Positions 63,930 through 64,000 of a DNA stretch of 64,000 bases are shown here, piece after piece (the first letter of the stretch is position 1; every line of letters starts with the position of its first letter). Source of the stretch: Octopus sinensis. Taxonomy: Eukaryota. The DNA lies in assembly GCF_006345805.1 (NCBI RefSeq), contig NC_043016.1:28954001-29018000 (forward strand), written 5' to 3'. A model generated the notes under the pieces. It made no database searches. It was not told the origin of the DNA and saw only the letters and a list, made by a program, of their open reading frames with translations. The position numbers and the translations under genes were made by a program.

Positions 63930-64000
63930 ATCAAACCTTAGAATTAAATTTCAAGGAAAATGTCCTGCAGTCTTATCATAGAACGATGGCGACATTAACT

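Overview
AT-rich, microsatellite-dense animal genomic DNA. The SINE families look like those of Octopus (coleoid cephalopod), but this is recognition from memory, not a database result. Two protein-coding genes face each other tail-to-tail. At the left are the last two coding exons of a Clock-like bHLH-PAS gene (+; 1651-1828 and 4919-5145, in frame after splicing, with the 'RQQEELRQI' exon-19 coiled coil). At the right is an intact, intronless 643-aa PPEF/rdgC-type Ser/Thr phosphatase (-; 61998-63929). The ~56 kb between them is mostly transposon debris: three tRNA-derived SINE families, RTE and R4/Dong LINE fragments, Tc1/mariner and piggyBac remnants and MITEs, a solo LTR nested in a SINE, and Penelope-like elements (PLEs). 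The most striking signal is about a dozen type-I minimal hammerhead ribozyme (HHR) motifs from several unrelated repeat families. Two have fully canonical cores (36268-36398 and 41785-41866). Most sit in fold-back (inverted) arrangements. One family joins a tRNA-like Pol III head to an HHR and occurs as a head-to-head palindrome (22358-22868). Nearly all long ORFs in the supplied track are microsatellite artefacts. There is a 100-N gap at 57821-57920.
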